From Sphyrna mokarran (lineage: Eukaryota), in NCBI GenBank assembly GCA_024679065.1, contig JAGIQG010000002.1, positions 137,020,001 through 137,084,000 of the forward strand: a DNA stretch of 64,000 nucleotides, given 5' to 3'. Position 1 is the first letter of the stretch; every line of letters begins with the position of its first letter. Below the pieces are notes generated by a model. That model was not told where the DNA came from and did not search any database. It worked only from the letters and a program-made list of their open reading frames with translations. Made by a program: the position numbers and the translations under genes. Positions 62,950-64,000 of this stretch are shown piece by piece.

Positions 62950-64000
62950 CCTGTGTTTGTATCTGGGTCGGATGTAATCTTCTTACAATCGGACAGATGA
63001 ACCCAATTTGAATGTCCTTCAAGCTTGGCCGAAGTCTGTGGGGTCAGTAGTACTTGAAACGGACCGATCCAGCATTGTTCTAATTTCTTCCTATCCCAGT
63101 TCTTTATCAGTACGTAATCTCTGGGTTCGATCCAGGGGTTTCGAGAGGTAGCTGTCCCCGTTGTCTGTGGGAGATGTGCTTGTTTTACCTGGGAGTGAAG
63201 AAACTTCAGAGAAAGAGTTAATTGCTTCAAGTAATTCTGCATCTGTTCACCCACCATCCAGGGAGGTCTACTTCCTCTAGGGGATTTTTATGGACATCCC
63301 AGGGAATCCTCATTGGCCAACCATAGACTATCTCTGCAGCTGACAGTCTGGTCCGTGAATGGGGAGTCACTTGCATGTGAGACAATGCCAAGGGCAATAC
63401 TCTCAGCCAATTTAATCCAGTTTCTTCAGTCAATTAAGATAATTTCTCTTTGAAAGTCCCATTAGATCTTTCCACAATTCCTGCTGCCTGTGGATGATAC
63501 GCGCAATGCGGTTGTTGTTTAATTGCGAGGGCTTTGCAATACTTCAATGTTAATCTGAGCCACAAAATGTGATCCATTATCTGAGCTCACCATTTTGGGT
63601 ACTCCAAAACGGGGAATAACTTCTATCAACAATAACTTCACCACCATATATGCAGTACAATTTGTGGTGGGGAAGGCTTCAATCCATTTACTAAACATAT
63701 TGATTATTACTAAACAATATTTAAAGCAATGTACTTTTGGTAATTCAATAAAATCAAGTTGTGTACAAGCAAAAGGGCCATGTGGCAAGGGAGTGGCTCT
63801 AGGAAGGCATTAAATACCTTTACCCTTATTATTTTTCATGCCTATAAGGCATCAATCTAGCCATGTTTGTGCTGCTGTATACAAATCTGGAAGCCACCAA
63901 GTCTTTAGAGGTAGCTGTACTGTTCCGTCCTGGCCAAGATGGGTACAAGAGTGCAAATAATCAATAAGTACCAGTAATAAAGAATCCAGAATACAAACTT
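62946..64000 (-). pseudogene. pol: ERV-B integrase (disrupted, runs off the window)
   Basis: GPFACTQLDFIELP...FSKWIEAFPT...EVIPRFGVPKMVSSDNGSHF; WLRVLPLAL; WIGPFQVLLTPQTSAKLEGHSNWVHLSDCKK. Confidence 0.93.

Overview
Vertebrate nuclear DNA, almost certainly from a cartilaginous fish (shark), judging by the HE1/V-SINE, Deu-domain SINE, CR1/HER1, Rex1 and Penelope repeats. Positions 519-49300 hold the 5' part of DNAJC13 (RME-8) on the minus strand. It has a CpG-rich promoter with a probable non-coding exon 1 and 17 coding exons (1968 nt, 656 codons). All exon boundaries are GT-AG and phase-consistent, and the gene continues past the left edge. The introns are packed with SINE/LINE relics. Upstream of the gene are a young CR1 3' fragment, a Helitron Pif1-helicase relic, a Penelope-like element (GIY-YIG endonuclease plus hammerhead-ribozyme terminal repeat), a rearranged inverted-repeat/minisatellite block, and a composite endogenous retrovirus locus (57631-64000). 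In that locus, ERV-A (RT-thumb/RNaseH/IN/env/PPT/3'LTR) is fused directly to a different ERV-B (IN plus env 5' end). The most unusual observations are (i) the ERV-A envelope TM, which looks like a filovirus GP2/avian-gamma-type fusion protein with a Cys-bounded internal fusion loop, and (ii) short, sometimes palindromic, TSD-flanked elements carrying minimal hammerhead ribozyme motifs. All family assignments come from recalled motifs, not database searches. Repeat boundaries are approximate.
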